A stretch of 46,138 nt of DNA from assembly GCA_002291955.1 (NCBI GenBank), contig DBBA01000344.1, forward strand, positions 2,109 to 48,246. Reading direction: 5' to 3'. The notes under the pieces are model-generated. The model was given only the letters and a program-made list of their open reading frames with translations, had not been told where the DNA came from and did no database searches. This document shows positions 29,571 through 39,801 of the stretch, in pieces. Both the position numbers and the translations under genes were made by a program. The stretch comes from Rhodobacteraceae bacterium UBA996. Its GTDB lineage: Bacteria > Pseudomonadota > Alphaproteobacteria > Rhodobacterales > Rhodobacteraceae. How positions within the stretch are numbered: the first letter of the stretch is position 1; every line of letters begins with the position of its first letter.

Positions 29571-29929
29571 TGCGCCGAGAATTTTTCTGCGCGGCGTGCG
29601 ATTTTTTCGTCGAGGGGAACCGTCGTGGACCGTCAGGACCGTTGCAGCAGACGGCAAAGGGGGCCGGACAGCCCGCCCGACCCCCTGCTTGCCTTCTCCC
29701 CACCCCGACCCTCCGGTAGCGGTTCCGCCGCTTCTGGAAGGTCCCCGGTGCCGCGCCTGGGTGGGGGCTGATACGCGCGACACCGGGGTAGCGTTTGATC
29801 GCTATGCCATGATCTTTGCTGCCCGATGCGGGCTTTTCATCGAAGCGGGTGCGGCGGGTCCGGGGTCATTTCCGGGCAGAATTGCGGCAGGCTTGATTTC
29901 GGAGGCACGCAGGCCCACCATGCGGGGCC

Positions 29930-30274
29930 ATGAACATCGTCACGCCGCTGCCGCTCGGCCCCCGCTCGCCCGATGACCGCGTGTCCTTCGACCGGCAGGA
30001 ACTGTCGGTGATCCTCACCCTCTATGGCCGGATGGTGGCCGCGGGCGAATGGCGCGACTACGGCATCTCCACCCTGCGCGATATCGCCGTGTTCGCGGTG
30101 TTCCGCCGCACGGCCGAGGTGCCGCTCTACCGGATCGAGAAGCGCCCGAAATTGCGCGCCCGGCAGGGGATGTATGCGCTCGTCGGCGCCGACGGGCTGG
30201 TGATGAAGCGCGGGCACGACCTGCGGGCGGTGCTGCGCGATCTGGAACGCCGCCTGATCCGGCCGGTGGAGTAG
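29930..30274 (+). CDS. DUF2794 domain protein
   Basis: 114-aa sequence (FDRQELSVILTLYGRMVAAGEWRDY...) typical of the conserved alphaproteobacterial DUF2794 family. Confidence 0.75.
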   Translation: MNIVTPLPLGPRSPDDRVSFDRQELSVILTLYGRMVAAGEWRDYGISTLRDIAVFAVFRRTAEVPLYRIEKRPKLRARQGMYALVGADGLVMKRGHDLRAVLRDLERRLIRPVE

Positions 30275-30280
30275 CCCCCG

Positions 30281-31543
30281 TCAGGCGATCAGGCGCGTGC
30301 CGTCGTGGCCGGTGGGCGTGACGGTCAGAAGCGTTCCTTCGGGTTGGTCGGTGTGGAAGTGCACCTCGGCGAACTGCGCGGTGCGGGCGGTCCGCGGGCC
30401 TTCGGTCAGGACTTCGACGGTGCGGCCGACCTGAGTGTCGAGGTAGCGCGCTGCCGCTGCGGCGCCCGCCGCGCGCAGGGCGGCCGCGCGGGCGCGGATC
30501 ACGTCACCGGGCAGTTGCGGCATCCGCGCGGCGGGGGTGCCCTTGCGCGGGCTGAAGGGAAAGACGTGCAGCCAGGTCAGGCCGCAGTCGGCGACCAGCC
30601 GAAGGCTGTTGTCGAACGCCGCGTCGGTTTCCGTGGGGAAGCCCGCGATCAGGTCGGCGCCGAACACGATGTCGGGGCGGAGCCGCCGCGCGTCCTGACA
30701 GAACCGGATCGCGTCGTTGCGCAGGTGGCGGCGCTTCATCCGCTTCAGGATCAGGTCGTCACCGTGCTGGAGCGACAGGTGCAGATGCGGCATCAGCCGC
30801 GGCTCGGTCGCGATCGCCTCCATCAGCGCGGGATCGGCCTCGATGCTGTCGATCGACGATATCCGCAGGCGCGGCAGGTCGGACACCAGCCGCAGGATGC
30901 GGCGGACAAGGTCGCCCAAGGGCGGCGTGCCGGGCAGATCGGCGCCCCAGGACGTCAGGTCCACGCCGGTCAGGACGACCTCAAGATACCCGCGGTCCAC
31001 GAGGCGCCGGATCTGGTCCACCACCACGCCCGCAGGCACCGACCGGGACGGACCGCGGCCGAAGGGGATGATGCAGAAGGTGCAGCGGTGGTCGCAGCCG
31101 TTCTGCACCTGCACATAGGCGCGGTGGCGCGTGCCGAAGCCGTCGATGATGTGCGACGCGGTCTCGCGCACCGACTGGATGTCGTCCACGCGGATGCGCT
31201 CGGACCCGTCCGTTCCTAGACCCGTCCGCAGGCCGGTCCAGGTCTCGGGCCGCATCTTCTCGGCGTTGCCCAGCACGACGTCCACCTCGGCCATGGCCGC
31301 AAACGTGTCGGGTTCGGTCTGCGCGGCGCAGCCGGTGACGATCAGCGTCGCGCCCGGGTTCTCGCGCCGCAGGCGGCGGATTTCCTGCCGCGCCTTGCGC
31401 ACGGCTTCCCCCGTCACGGCGCAGGTGTTCACGATCACGGCGTCCGTGATCCCGGCAGCCGCGGTCATCTCGCGCATCGCTTCCGTCTCGTGCGCGTTCA
31501 GGCGGCAACCGAGCGTGGCAAAGACCGGCGTGCGCGCTTCCAT
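30281..31543 (-). CDS. mtaB: tRNA (N6-threonylcarbamoyladenosine37-C2)-methylthiotransferase MtaB
   Basis: UPF0004 N-terminal domain (FATLGCRLN), radical-SAM CDHRCTFC motif and a TRAM-like C-terminus. The ATG at 31543 overlaps the dapF stop by 1 nt. Confidence 0.9.
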   Translation of the reverse strand: MEARTPVFATLGCRLNAHETEAMREMTAAAGITDAVIVNTCAVTGEAVRKARQEIRRLRRENPGATLIVTGCAAQTEPDTFAAMAEVDVVLGNAEKMRPETWTGLRTGLGTDGSERIRVDDIQSVRETASHIIDGFGTRHRAYVQVQNGCDHRCTFCIIPFGRGPSRSVPAGVVVDQIRRLVDRGYLEVVLTGVDLTSWGADLPGTPPLGDLVRRILRLVSDLPRLRISSIDSIEADPALMEAIATEPRLMPHLHLSLQHGDDLILKRMKRRHLRNDAIRFCQDARRLRPDIVFGADLIAGFPTETDAAFDNSLRLVADCGLTWLHVFPFSPRKGTPAARMPQLPGDVIRARAAALRAAGAAAAARYLDTQVGRTVEVLTEGPRTARTAQFAEVHFHTDQPEGTLLTVTPTGHDGTRLIA

Positions 31544-32385
31544 CAGGCCAGCCCCGCCAGGAACGCAGGCGTGAGGACACCCGAGAACACATGCGCGGTC
31601 GGGCCGGTCATCCAGACACCATCCTCGCGCCAGTCCACGGCGATCTCGCCACCATCCAGCGCGATGGTCACGCGGCGCCCCGTCAGGCCCCGCCTGTGCG
31701 CGGCGACGGCGACCGCGCAAGAGGATGAGCCCGAAGCGAGGGTAATACCGGTGCCACGCTCCCACACCCGCATCCGCAGGCGGTCGGGGCCGGTGACGGT
31801 CGCCACCTGCACGTTGGTGCGGGCCGGGAACAGCGGGTGATGCTCGTGCGCGGGGCCGAAGGTGGCAAGGTCCAGCGCATCGGCGTCGTCCACGAAGAAG
31901 GTGCAGTGCGGGTTGCCCATCGACGTGGCGACCGGGTCTCCCGGGATCGGCAGGTGCAGGGTGTCCACGTCGCGGGCCAGGGGAATGTCCTGCCAGCCGG
32001 TCAGGGGCGGGCCCATGTTGACGGCGGTCAGCCCGGCCCCCGCATCCTGCGCCGCCAGCAGCCCGCGGTCCGTGCGCAGGGTGACGGACGTGCGCCCGGT
32101 CTGGTCCATCAGCCAGCGCGCGATACAGCGGGTGGCGTTGCCGCAGGCGGCCGAGGGCGATCCGTCGGCGTTCAGGAAATCCAGCCGCACGTCGGCGCCG
32201 CTGTCATCGTCGCGCACCAAGGCCAACTGGTCGAACCCCACGCCCCGGTGCCGGTCGGCCAGCGCTGAGGCCAGGCGCGGCGACACCGCCGACGGCGGCA
32301 ACCCGCGCTGGTCGAGCACGACGAAATCGTTGCCAAGGCCGTGCATCTTCAGGAACGGCAGGGCAGGGGGGGCGGGCGTGTTCAT
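31543..32385 (-). CDS. dapF: diaminopimelate epimerase
   Basis: Contains GLGNDFVVLD and the two catalytic Cys contexts (SACGNATRC and SGSSSCA). Confidence 0.93.
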   Translation of the reverse strand: MNTPAPPALPFLKMHGLGNDFVVLDQRGLPPSAVSPRLASALADRHRGVGFDQLALVRDDDSGADVRLDFLNADGSPSAACGNATRCIARWLMDQTGRTSVTLRTDRGLLAAQDAGAGLTAVNMGPPLTGWQDIPLARDVDTLHLPIPGDPVATSMGNPHCTFFVDDADALDLATFGPAHEHHPLFPARTNVQVATVTGPDRLRMRVWERGTGITLASGSSSCAVAVAAHRRGLTGRRVTIALDGGEIAVDWREDGVWMTGPTAHVFSGVLTPAFLAGLA

Positions 32386-32453
32386 GGCGCGCGGCTATAC
32401 TGCGCGGGGCACCACTTGGAAAGACGGAGCCGCGCAGGCGCGCGGTCGGTCCC

Positions 32454-33830
32454 CTATTGACCGCTGTCGCGCCCGAGCGACCGCAGCACATGGTCCAGCC
32501 GTTCGCCCTGCGGACTGACCCGCACGACCGGCGCGCCTTGCACCGCGTTGTAATGGGCGGCCGGATCATAGGTCGGCACACCCAGGCGCAGATGGTCGGC
32601 TGTCAGCAGACCCATCGCCGACAGCAGCCGATAGGACGCGACGGCCCGCTGGGTCTGAGCCTGGATCAGGTTGGCCCGCGCATCGAGCAGTTCCTGCTCG
32701 GCATCGAGCACATCCAGCGTGGTGCGCGCGCCCAGGGCGGCTTCCTCGCGCACGCCCTCGAACGCCAGTTGCGCGGCGCGCACCTGTTCCTGCCCGGCCG
32801 CGATCTGGGCCGAGGTGACCAGCGCACTTGCCCAGGCCTCGCCCACGCCCTGCTCGATCTGCACAGCGGTCTGCAGAAGCCCGGCCCGGGACCGGTCGCG
32901 TCCGGCCTCGGCCTGGCGCAGCACCGACGACAGCCGTCCGCCCGCATACAGGGTCTGCCGGGCAAAAAGACCGATGGACGAGGCGTCCTCGCCATCGCTG
33001 TCGCGGCCGATCTGCGCGGACAGGTCCACGGTCGGCAAGAGCCCGCCGCGGGCCCGCGCGATGTTCAGTTCCGACACCGTCACAAGACGCTGCGCCTCGC
33101 GGATGCGGGGGTGGCGTTCGGCGGCGATGGCCTTGGCCGAAGCCAGGCTGTCTGCGGTCGCCGGCAGCCGTCCGGGCGCCTGCAGGGCACCGGGGAAGCG
33201 GCCGGTCGCCGCACGATAGGCTTCGCGCGCCACCTGCAGGTCGCCTTGCGCCACGGCGAGGTTGGCCCGCGCCAGCGCCAGTCGCGCCTCGGCCAGCGAC
33301 ACGTCCGTCCGCGTCACCTCGCCGACCTCGAACCGGTCACGCGCCGCCTGAAGCTGCTCGCTGACCACGCGGATGTTGTTGTCGCGCAGGGCCACGAATT
33401 CGCCCGCGCGGATCACCTCCATGAATGCCTGCACGGCACCCAGCAGCACCTGCTGCTCCACGTCGATCAGCGACTCGCGCGTGGCCAGCACCGCTTCCTT
33501 CGCGGCTTCCAGCGCCAGCCGGTTCTGGCCCCCCGCATAGAGCGTGATCTCGGCGCTCAGGGCGATCTGCGAGGTCAGGTTGTCCTGCCCGGGCTGGGCA
33601 GGCTCGCGCCGCACGGTCTGCGCCGTGGCCGCGATGACGGGGCGCAGCGTGGCCACCGCCTGCGCGGCGTCCTCGTCGGCCGCGCGCAGCACGGCACGGT
33701 TCTGTTCGAGCAGGTTCGAGTTGCGATAGGCGGCAACCAGCGCATCCCCCAGCGTCTCGGCCCCGGCGGGCACCACAAGCGCAAGGGTCGCCGCGATACC
33801 CGCAGCGAAGCGGAAGAAGTGCCGTTGCAT
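32454..33830 (-). CDS. tolC: TolC family outer membrane channel
   Basis: Signal peptide (ATLALVVPAGAETL), duplicated OEP repeat structure, N-terminal LxxAxxxAYxxNxxL motif. ATG at 33830. Confidence 0.88.
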   Translation of the reverse strand: MQRHFFRFAAGIAATLALVVPAGAETLGDALVAAYRNSNLLEQNRAVLRAADEDAAQAVATLRPVIAATAQTVRREPAQPGQDNLTSQIALSAEITLYAGGQNRLALEAAKEAVLATRESLIDVEQQVLLGAVQAFMEVIRAGEFVALRDNNIRVVSEQLQAARDRFEVGEVTRTDVSLAEARLALARANLAVAQGDLQVAREAYRAATGRFPGALQAPGRLPATADSLASAKAIAAERHPRIREAQRLVTVSELNIARARGGLLPTVDLSAQIGRDSDGEDASSIGLFARQTLYAGGRLSSVLRQAEAGRDRSRAGLLQTAVQIEQGVGEAWASALVTSAQIAAGQEQVRAAQLAFEGVREEAALGARTTLDVLDAEQELLDARANLIQAQTQRAVASYRLLSAMGLLTADHLRLGVPTYDPAAHYNAVQGAPVVRVSPQGERLDHVLRSLGRDSGQ

Positions 33831-33897
33831 TGCCCGTCCTGCCTTTCCGGCTTCTGCCGAACCGTTGTCGATCAAACGCCCGCGACGCGGTGATCCG

Positions 33898-34551
33898 TCA
33901 CAGCGAGAACATACGCACTTTCGCAAAGCCCGGCAGCACCGGGGCCCCGGCATGGAAGGCATGCCGCCAGACGATCTGCCCGCCCTGGGACATGCCGATG
34001 CGGCAAACGCCCAGATTGCCCTCGCGGAACAGCGCCGCGATCCGCCCGCCCTCGCGCAACTGCGCCGCGAGGGCATCCGGCAGCACTTCGATGGCCCCTT
34101 CGATCAGGATCGCGTCGTAGGGCGCGTGCCTAGGCATTCCGTCGGCAAGGGGGCCTGTCATCACGGCCACGTTGTCCGCGCCCGCCTCGGCCAGGGCCCG
34201 CTCGGCCTCGGCGGCCATCCCCGCATCTTCCTCGACCGCGATCACCGCATTGACCATACGCGCGGTGACCGCGGACGAATAGCCATGCGCCGCCCCCACG
34301 ACGAGGACAAGGTCCGCCGTCGTCAGCGCCAGCGCATCCAGCATCTTGGCAAGCGTCCGCGGGTCCAGCATCACGCGGCCCCCGCCAAGCTCCAGGTTCT
34401 CGCCGACATAGGCGGCCTCGATCCGGTCGGCTGGCACGAACATCTCGCGCGGGACGGTCAGCATCGCGTCAATGATCGGAAACTTCGTCACATCCGAGGG
34501 GCGCACCTGGGTGTCCACCATCGTGGTGCGTCGGGCAGCGAAGTCGGTCAT
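33898..34551 (-). CDS. pcm: protein-L-isoaspartate O-methyltransferase
   Basis: 217 aa with a SAM-binding [14 protein letters not shown] motif. It has the pcm-tolC adjacency common in alphaproteobacteria. Confidence 0.88.
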   Translation of the reverse strand: MTDFAARRTTMVDTQVRPSDVTKFPIIDAMLTVPREMFVPADRIEAAYVGENLELGGGRVMLDPRTLAKMLDALALTTADLVLVVGAAHGYSSAVTARMVNAVIAVEEDAGMAAEAERALAEAGADNVAVMTGPLADGMPRHAPYDAILIEGAIEVLPDALAAQLREGGRIAALFREGNLGVCRIGMSQGGQIVWRHAFHAGAPVLPGFAKVRMFSL

Positions 34552-34769
34552 CGGAAACGTCCGTCTCAGGGCTATCCCTCTGATGCCACAGCCCCCGTCG
34601 GCCGGCAACCGCAATGCTGCCGCAGCGCGGCAGGCGGATGCCGGTATTCCGACACCTGCGACCCCGGCACCACAGCGCCCCCACTCGGTCCGAATTGTGC
34701 CACGAACAATTGCCAATCCAGCGGCGAAGACCCTACCGTTTCCATCTCACAGTGCCGGATTCGCGCGAC

Positions 34770-36947
34770 ATGAGTGTGCCTGGTTCCAAGATGACGTCAG
34801 TCCGCGCGACCCGGTTGCCCGCGGCCCCGCTGGCCGCCCTGGCGGTGCTCGCGCTCGCGGGATGCGGTGGCAGCGGCGAGGAGGGGGCGACCGATGCCGC
34901 CAGCCGCGTGCAGGGCTTCCTTCCCGGCATCGAGATCCTGTCGGTAGCCTATGTGCAGTCGTTCGCGCCGTTCGAGGCTGCCGCCGCGACCCTGCGGACG
35001 TCGAACCCCGCCTTCACCCGCCAGGACGTGGCGTGGTTCTTCACCAACGCCCCGTCGGTCGTCTTCGAAAGTTTCGCCCTCGCCTCGGCCCGGTTCGAGT
35101 ACGCCCGCGCGGTTGGCCTGACCGGCGCAGGCCAGGTCGTGTCCGTCGTGGATGACGGCTTCCGGACCACCCACGAGGCGTTCGGCGGCACGGCCCTGTC
35201 CGGGATCGTTCCGGGGGCCGAGGATCACGGGACGGCCGTTGCGGCGATCATCGCGGGGTCCGCGTCCACCGGGCTGGGCGCGTCGCAGAACTTCACCGGC
35301 GTCGCACCCGGCACGGCGCTTGACCTCGGCACCTATGTGCGCAGCGGCGTGGCGGGGGCCTCCTATGCCGATCTGCGCGCCGCGGCCGAGCGTGCCACGG
35401 CCCTTGGTGCCGTCGCCCAGAACAATTCCTGGGGCTTCCCCGGCGTCGCGGCGACGCAGTCCGAATACGACCGCCTGTTCGCGGCCCCCGCGGCCCGGGA
35501 CTGGCTGGTTGCCCTGACCGACTATGCGCGGCAGGGCGTCGTGGTGTTCGCCGCACCCAACGACGGGCCGGGCGCCACGATCCTCGACGGTTTGCCGCGG
35601 GTCCGCCCGGACCTCGAGGCCGGGTGGCTGTCGGTCATCAATGCCGTGCCGTCCTACAACGCCAACCGCGTGACCTCGGCGACGCTCCTGTCCGCCCCCT
35701 GTGCGACCTCGGCGCGCTGGTGCCTTGCCGCCGAAGGCGTGTGGTCGGCGCCATCGGCGGTGTCCGACACGTCCTATGTGACCGATGACGGCCGCCAACT
35801 GGTCATCGGCACGTCGTTCGCGGCACCGCAGGTCTCGGGTGCGCTGGCCATCCTGGCCGAGGCGTTCCCCACCCTGACCCCGCACGATTTGCGCGTGCGC
35901 CTGCTGGCCTCGGCCGACGACAGTTTCTTTGCCCCGGACGCGCAGGTCGAACTGGCCCAGGGCTTCGTCAAGGGCTACTCGAACACCTGGGGGCACGGCT
36001 TTCTGGACGTGCGCGCGGCCCTTCTGCCGATCGGAACGCCCGAGGTGCGCATGGCCGATGGCAGCGCGGTGCCGCTCGACACCCCGCTGGTGGCATCGGG
36101 CGCCGCGATGGGTGACGCTGTCGCGCGCAGCCTGGGGGCCGTGGGCGTGCTCGCGACCGATGCGCTGGGGGGCGACTTCCGGTTCTCAGGCGCCGGGCTT
36201 GCCGCCACGACCGCGGCTCCGCCGGTCGGGCCCGCGCTCCTGTCCGACCTCATGGCCGGCGACCCCTTCGCGGCGCCTGCGTCCGGAGTGCTGGGATCCC
36301 TCTCGGGGCGGCACCTGTCGCTGTCCGATCCCTCGGGCGAGATGCACGCCGCCCTGGTGATGCCGGGCGAAGGGAGCGACGATGCCGGCGTTGCCCTGTC
36401 GCGCGCCATCGACACCGGGTCGGGGGCGCTGTCGGTCGGTCTGACGCTCGGGCGCGACGGGGGCGACCTGTTCGGTCTCGGCATCGGCGGGGCGGCCGGG
36501 GGCGCGGGGATTGCCTCGCTCGACCTCGGGCTGACGCAGGATCTGGGCGACGGCGGGTTCCTGCGCCTGGGCGCGTCCGTGGGAATGGCGACGGGCGCGA
36601 CCGACAGCCGTTTCAACGCGCTGTCGATGGAGGTGGGAACCACCGCGGACAACGGGGCGCGCCTTGCCCTGGGCGTCGCCCTGCCGGTGGCCACCACGGC
36701 CGGACAGACCACCCTGATGCTGCCCACCGCGCGCGGGCCCGGCGGGCTTGTGCACACGCCGGTGTCCATCGATCTTGCGCCGCAGGACCGTCAGGTGGAC
36801 CTGTCGCTGCGCTACGACGTGCCCCTGGACGTGGGCCCCGATGGCCGCACCGACCTGCGCCTCGAGCTTCGGCATGCGCTGAACCACGGCCATGTGGCGG
36901 GCGCGACCGACACCGGCGTGGGCTTCGCGCTGCACATCAGCTTCTGA
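34770..36947 (+). CDS. S8 (subtilisin-like) serine peptidase with lipoprotein signal and C-terminal beta-barrel (autotransporter-like)
   Basis: Lipobox LALAGC. Catalytic triad contexts VVDDGF (Asp), EDHGTAVAAI (His) and GTSFAAPQVSG (Ser). The C-terminal ~270 aa are Gly/Ala/Leu-rich with alternating pattern and end in ...GFALHISF. An alternative start is at 34791. Confidence 0.8.
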   Translation: MSVPGSKMTSVRATRLPAAPLAALAVLALAGCGGSGEEGATDAASRVQGFLPGIEILSVAYVQSFAPFEAAAATLRTSNPAFTRQDVAWFFTNAPSVVFESFALASARFEYARAVGLTGAGQVVSVVDDGFRTTHEAFGGTALSGIVPGAEDHGTAVAAIIAGSASTGLGASQNFTGVAPGTALDLGTYVRSGVAGASYADLRAAAERATALGAVAQNNSWGFPGVAATQSEYDRLFAAPAARDWLVALTDYARQGVVVFAAPNDGPGATILDGLPRVRPDLEAGWLSVINAVPSYNANRVTSATLLSAPCATSARWCLAAEGVWSAPSAVSDTSYVTDDGRQLVIGTSFAAPQVSGALAILAEAFPTLTPHDLRVRLLASADDSFFAPDAQVELAQGFVKGYSNTWGHGFLDVRAALLPIGTPEVRMADGSAVPLDTPLVASGAAMGDAVARSLGAVGVLATDALGGDFRFSGAGLAATTAAPPVGPALLSDLMAGDPFAAPASGVLGSLSGRHLSLSDPSGEMHAALVMPGEGSDDAGVALSRAIDTGSGALSVGLTLGRDGGDLFGLGIGGAAGGAGIASLDLGLTQDLGDGGFLRLGASVGMATGATDSRFNALSMEVGTTADNGARLALGVALPVATTAGQTTLMLPTARGPGGLVHTPVSIDLAPQDRQVDLSLRYDVPLDVGPDGRTDLRLELRHALNHGHVAGATDTGVGFALHISF

Positions 36948-37047
36948 CCCCGGCGTCTGACCTCGGCAGACGCGCACGGGTCGGGACGCGTGGACAGCGC
37001 CGGTGTGCCCCCCTAGACAGGAGGGAACGTTCGGGGGGAGAACCGCG

Positions 37048-37962
37048 ATGGCCGCGACACCGGCATCCATCGACGACACCATCGCGGCACTGTCCGCGCA
37101 AGGCTATGTCTGCGGACGACCCCTCGGCACGGTCGCCTTCCTCGCGCTGACGCTCGGCAAGCCCCTGTTCCTGGAAGGCGAGGCCGGCGTCGGCAAGACC
37201 GAGATCGCCAAGGCCCTGGCCGCCGCCCTGGGCCGCCGCCTGATCCGGCTGCAATGCTACGAGGGGCTCGATGCCGCGTCCGCCATATACGAATGGAACT
37301 TCGCCGCGCAGATGATTGCGATCCGCACGGCGGAAGCCACCGGTGCCGCGGACCGTCAGGCGCTGCGCACGGAACTGTTCTCGGGCGATTTCCTGGTCAA
37401 GCGCCCGCTTCTGGAGGCGATGGAACCCCACCCCGAGGGCCCGCCGGTCCTGCTGATCGACGAGGTCGACCGCACCGACGAACCGTTCGAGGCGTTCCTG
37501 CTGGAAGCCCTGTCCGATTTCCAGGTGACGATCCCCGAACTGGGCACCATTCGCGCCGCGGAACCGCCCATCGTCATCCTGACGTCCAACCGCACGCGCG
37601 AGGTGCACGACGCGCTCAAGCGCCGCTGCCTGTACCACTGGGTCGACTACCCGTCCTTTGACCGCGAGATGGCGATCCTGCAGGCCCGCGTGCCCCAGGC
37701 GACGGCGAAACTGTCGGCCGAGGTCGTGGCCTTCGTGCAGGGACTGCGGGGCGAGGACCTGTTCAAGACCCCCGGCGTGGCCGAGGCCATAGACTGGGCG
37801 CGCTGCCTGATCGCGCTCGATACCGTCGCTCTGTCGCCCGAGGTGATCTCGGACACACTGGGCGCGGTGCTGAAGTACCAGGACGACATCGCGAAGATCG
37901 CCGGGTCCGAGGCGACACGCATCCTGAACGACGCGCGGGCGCGACTCGCCCGGACGGCGTAG
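37048..37962 (+). CDS. coxD: MoxR family AAA+ ATPase (CoxD-like)
   Basis: Walker A GEAGVGKT and Walker B LLIDEVDR. It is followed by a vWA gene and the coxSLM genes. Confidence 0.88.
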   Translation: MAATPASIDDTIAALSAQGYVCGRPLGTVAFLALTLGKPLFLEGEAGVGKTEIAKALAAALGRRLIRLQCYEGLDAASAIYEWNFAAQMIAIRTAEATGAADRQALRTELFSGDFLVKRPLLEAMEPHPEGPPVLLIDEVDRTDEPFEAFLLEALSDFQVTIPELGTIRAAEPPIVILTSNRTREVHDALKRRCLYHWVDYPSFDREMAILQARVPQATAKLSAEVVAFVQGLRGEDLFKTPGVAEAIDWARCLIALDTVALSPEVISDTLGAVLKYQDDIAKIAGSEATRILNDARARLARTA

Positions 37963-39161
37963 TGGCCGCGCCCCGCCCGCTGCCGGAAACGGACGGCCGG
38001 CTGACCGACAACATCGTCCACTTCGCCCGCGCGCTGCGCAAGGCGGGGGTGCGCGTGGGCCCCGCCCAGGTGCAGTCGGCGATCGAGGCGGTCGCCGCCG
38101 TGGGCTTCACCCGCAAGACGGACTTCTACCACACCCTGCGCGCGACCCTGATTCACCGGGCCGAGCATCTGGAGGTGTTCGAACAGATCTTCGCCATGTT
38201 CTGGCGCGATCCCGAATTCATCGAGCACATGATCCACCTGATGTCGCCGACGCTGCGCAAGGACACTGACGCACGCAAGAAGAAGGCCGCCGAGCGTCGC
38301 GCCTCCGACGCGCTGACCGACGCCGCCCCGCCCCCCGCGGCGGTGCCGGAACGCGAGAAACTGACGGTGGATGCGCGCGTCACGTGGTCGGCCGACGAAC
38401 GGCTGCGCGCGATGGACTTCGAACAGATGAGCGCGGCCGAGATCGGGGACGCCACTCGTGCCGTGCGCGACCTGACGCTTCCGGGCCGGCCCGTGCCCAC
38501 CCGGCGCAGCGATGCCCACCCCGCGGGCCAGCGCCCCGACCTGCGCGCGACCCTGCGCCGGTCGCTGCGGCGGGGCGGCGAGATCGAGCGGATCGAGATG
38601 CGCAAGCGCCGCACCCGCCCGCCCGACCTTGTCGCGCTGTGCGACATCTCGGGGTCGATGTCGGTCTATTCCCGGGTGCTGATGCACTTCCTGCACGCGG
38701 TCACCTGGGCGCCAGAACGCGGCTGGGGGCGGGTGCACGCCTTCACCTTCGGCACACGGCTGACCAACGTCAGCCGGGCACTGGCGCAGAAGGACCCCGA
38801 TGCCGCGCTGGCCGCCGCGGGCCGCGATGCGCAGGACTGGGCCGGCGGCACCCGCATCGGCGAGGCGCTGTACCGCTTCAACGCCGACTGGTCGCGCCGG
38901 GTGCTGGGGCAGGGGGCGGTGGTCCTGCTGATCTCGGACGGGCTGGAACGTGGCGACACCGCCCTGTTGTCGCGCGAGATCGAGCGGCTGCACCTGTCCT
39001 GCCGCCAACTGATCTGGCTGAACCCGCTCCTCCGCTGGGAGGGGTTCGCCCCCAAGGCTGCGGGCATCCGCGCGATCCTGCCGCATGTGGACCGGTTCCA
39101 CGCCTGCCATTCGCTCGACAGCCTGCGCGATCTGGCTGCGGCACTGCGCGCGATGGCGTGA
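37962..39161 (+). CDS. coxE: vWA domain protein (CoxE-like)
   Basis: C-terminal vWA/MIDAS context (LCDISGSM). The GTG start overlaps the coxD stop by 1 nt. This is the typical MoxR-vWA pairing. Confidence 0.85.
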   Translation: MAAPRPLPETDGRLTDNIVHFARALRKAGVRVGPAQVQSAIEAVAAVGFTRKTDFYHTLRATLIHRAEHLEVFEQIFAMFWRDPEFIEHMIHLMSPTLRKDTDARKKKAAERRASDALTDAAPPPAAVPEREKLTVDARVTWSADERLRAMDFEQMSAAEIGDATRAVRDLTLPGRPVPTRRSDAHPAGQRPDLRATLRRSLRRGGEIERIEMRKRRTRPPDLVALCDISGSMSVYSRVLMHFLHAVTWAPERGWGRVHAFTFGTRLTNVSRALAQKDPDAALAAAGRDAQDWAGGTRIGEALYRFNADWSRRVLGQGAVVLLISDGLERGDTALLSREIERLHLSCRQLIWLNPLLRWEGFAPKAAGIRAILPHVDRFHACHSLDSLRDLAAALRAMA

Positions 39162-39290
39162 CGATCAGGACGGTTGCTTTGCGTCCCGCGCGGGATAATC
39201 TCCCCCTCAGCGATTGACACGCGGGACACGGAACCCGCGAAAACCAAGCACGCGCCGGGGCAAAAGACCCGGCCGCAAGGGAGGATACGA

Positions 39291-39788
39291 ATGGCCGACA
39301 TCACCGTCACGGTGAACGGAAAGGCAATGCGCCGCTCCGTTCCCGATCACACGCTCCTGTCCGAATTCCTGCGCGAGACGCTGCGCCTGACCGGGACCCA
39401 TGTGGGCTGCGACACGTCCCAGTGCGGGGCCTGCGTCGTCCATGTGGACGGCCGCGCGGTGAAATCCTGCACGACACTGGCGGCGTCCGTTGACGGCGCG
39501 GCGGTCACCACCATCGAAGGCATCGCCTCGGGCAGCGACCTGCACCCGATGCAGGCCGCCTTCAACGACCACCATGGCTTGCAGTGCGGCTTCTGCACGC
39601 CGGGCATGATCATGTCGGGCATCGACATGGTGAACCGCTACAAGGCCGAGGGGCGGGCCCTGACGCCCGATGCGATCCGGCACGAGCTGGAAGGCAACAT
39701 CTGCCGCTGCACGGGCTACCACAACATCGTCAAGGCGATCGAGGATGCGGCCGGCCGCATGACCTCGATGGCCACGGCGGCCGAATAA
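39291..39788 (+). CDS. coxS: (2Fe-2S)-binding small subunit of a CO dehydrogenase/xanthine dehydrogenase-family enzyme
   Basis: Both cluster motifs are present: [12 protein letters not shown] and CGFCTPG...CRCTGY. GGGAGG lies upstream of the ATG. Confidence 0.9.
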   Translation: MADITVTVNGKAMRRSVPDHTLLSEFLRETLRLTGTHVGCDTSQCGACVVHVDGRAVKSCTTLAASVDGAAVTTIEGIASGSDLHPMQAAFNDHHGLQCGFCTPGMIMSGIDMVNRYKAEGRALTPDAIRHELEGNICRCTGYHNIVKAIEDAAGRMTSMATAAE

Positions 39789-39801
39789 GGGGGAACGGAC
39801 G

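Noticed and set aside
36953-36973. Hairpin GCGTCTG-N7-CAGACGC after the S8 peptidase gene, considered as a terminator.
   Set aside because: No T-tract follows it, so it is too weak to call.
39214-39239. Perfect TTGACA followed by the inverted repeat CGCGGG-N8-CCCGCG upstream of coxS, considered as a coxS promoter and operator.
   Set aside because: No acceptable -10 element lies at 16-18 nt spacing (GCGAAA). coxS may simply be co-transcribed with coxDE. Evidence is insufficient for a feature call.
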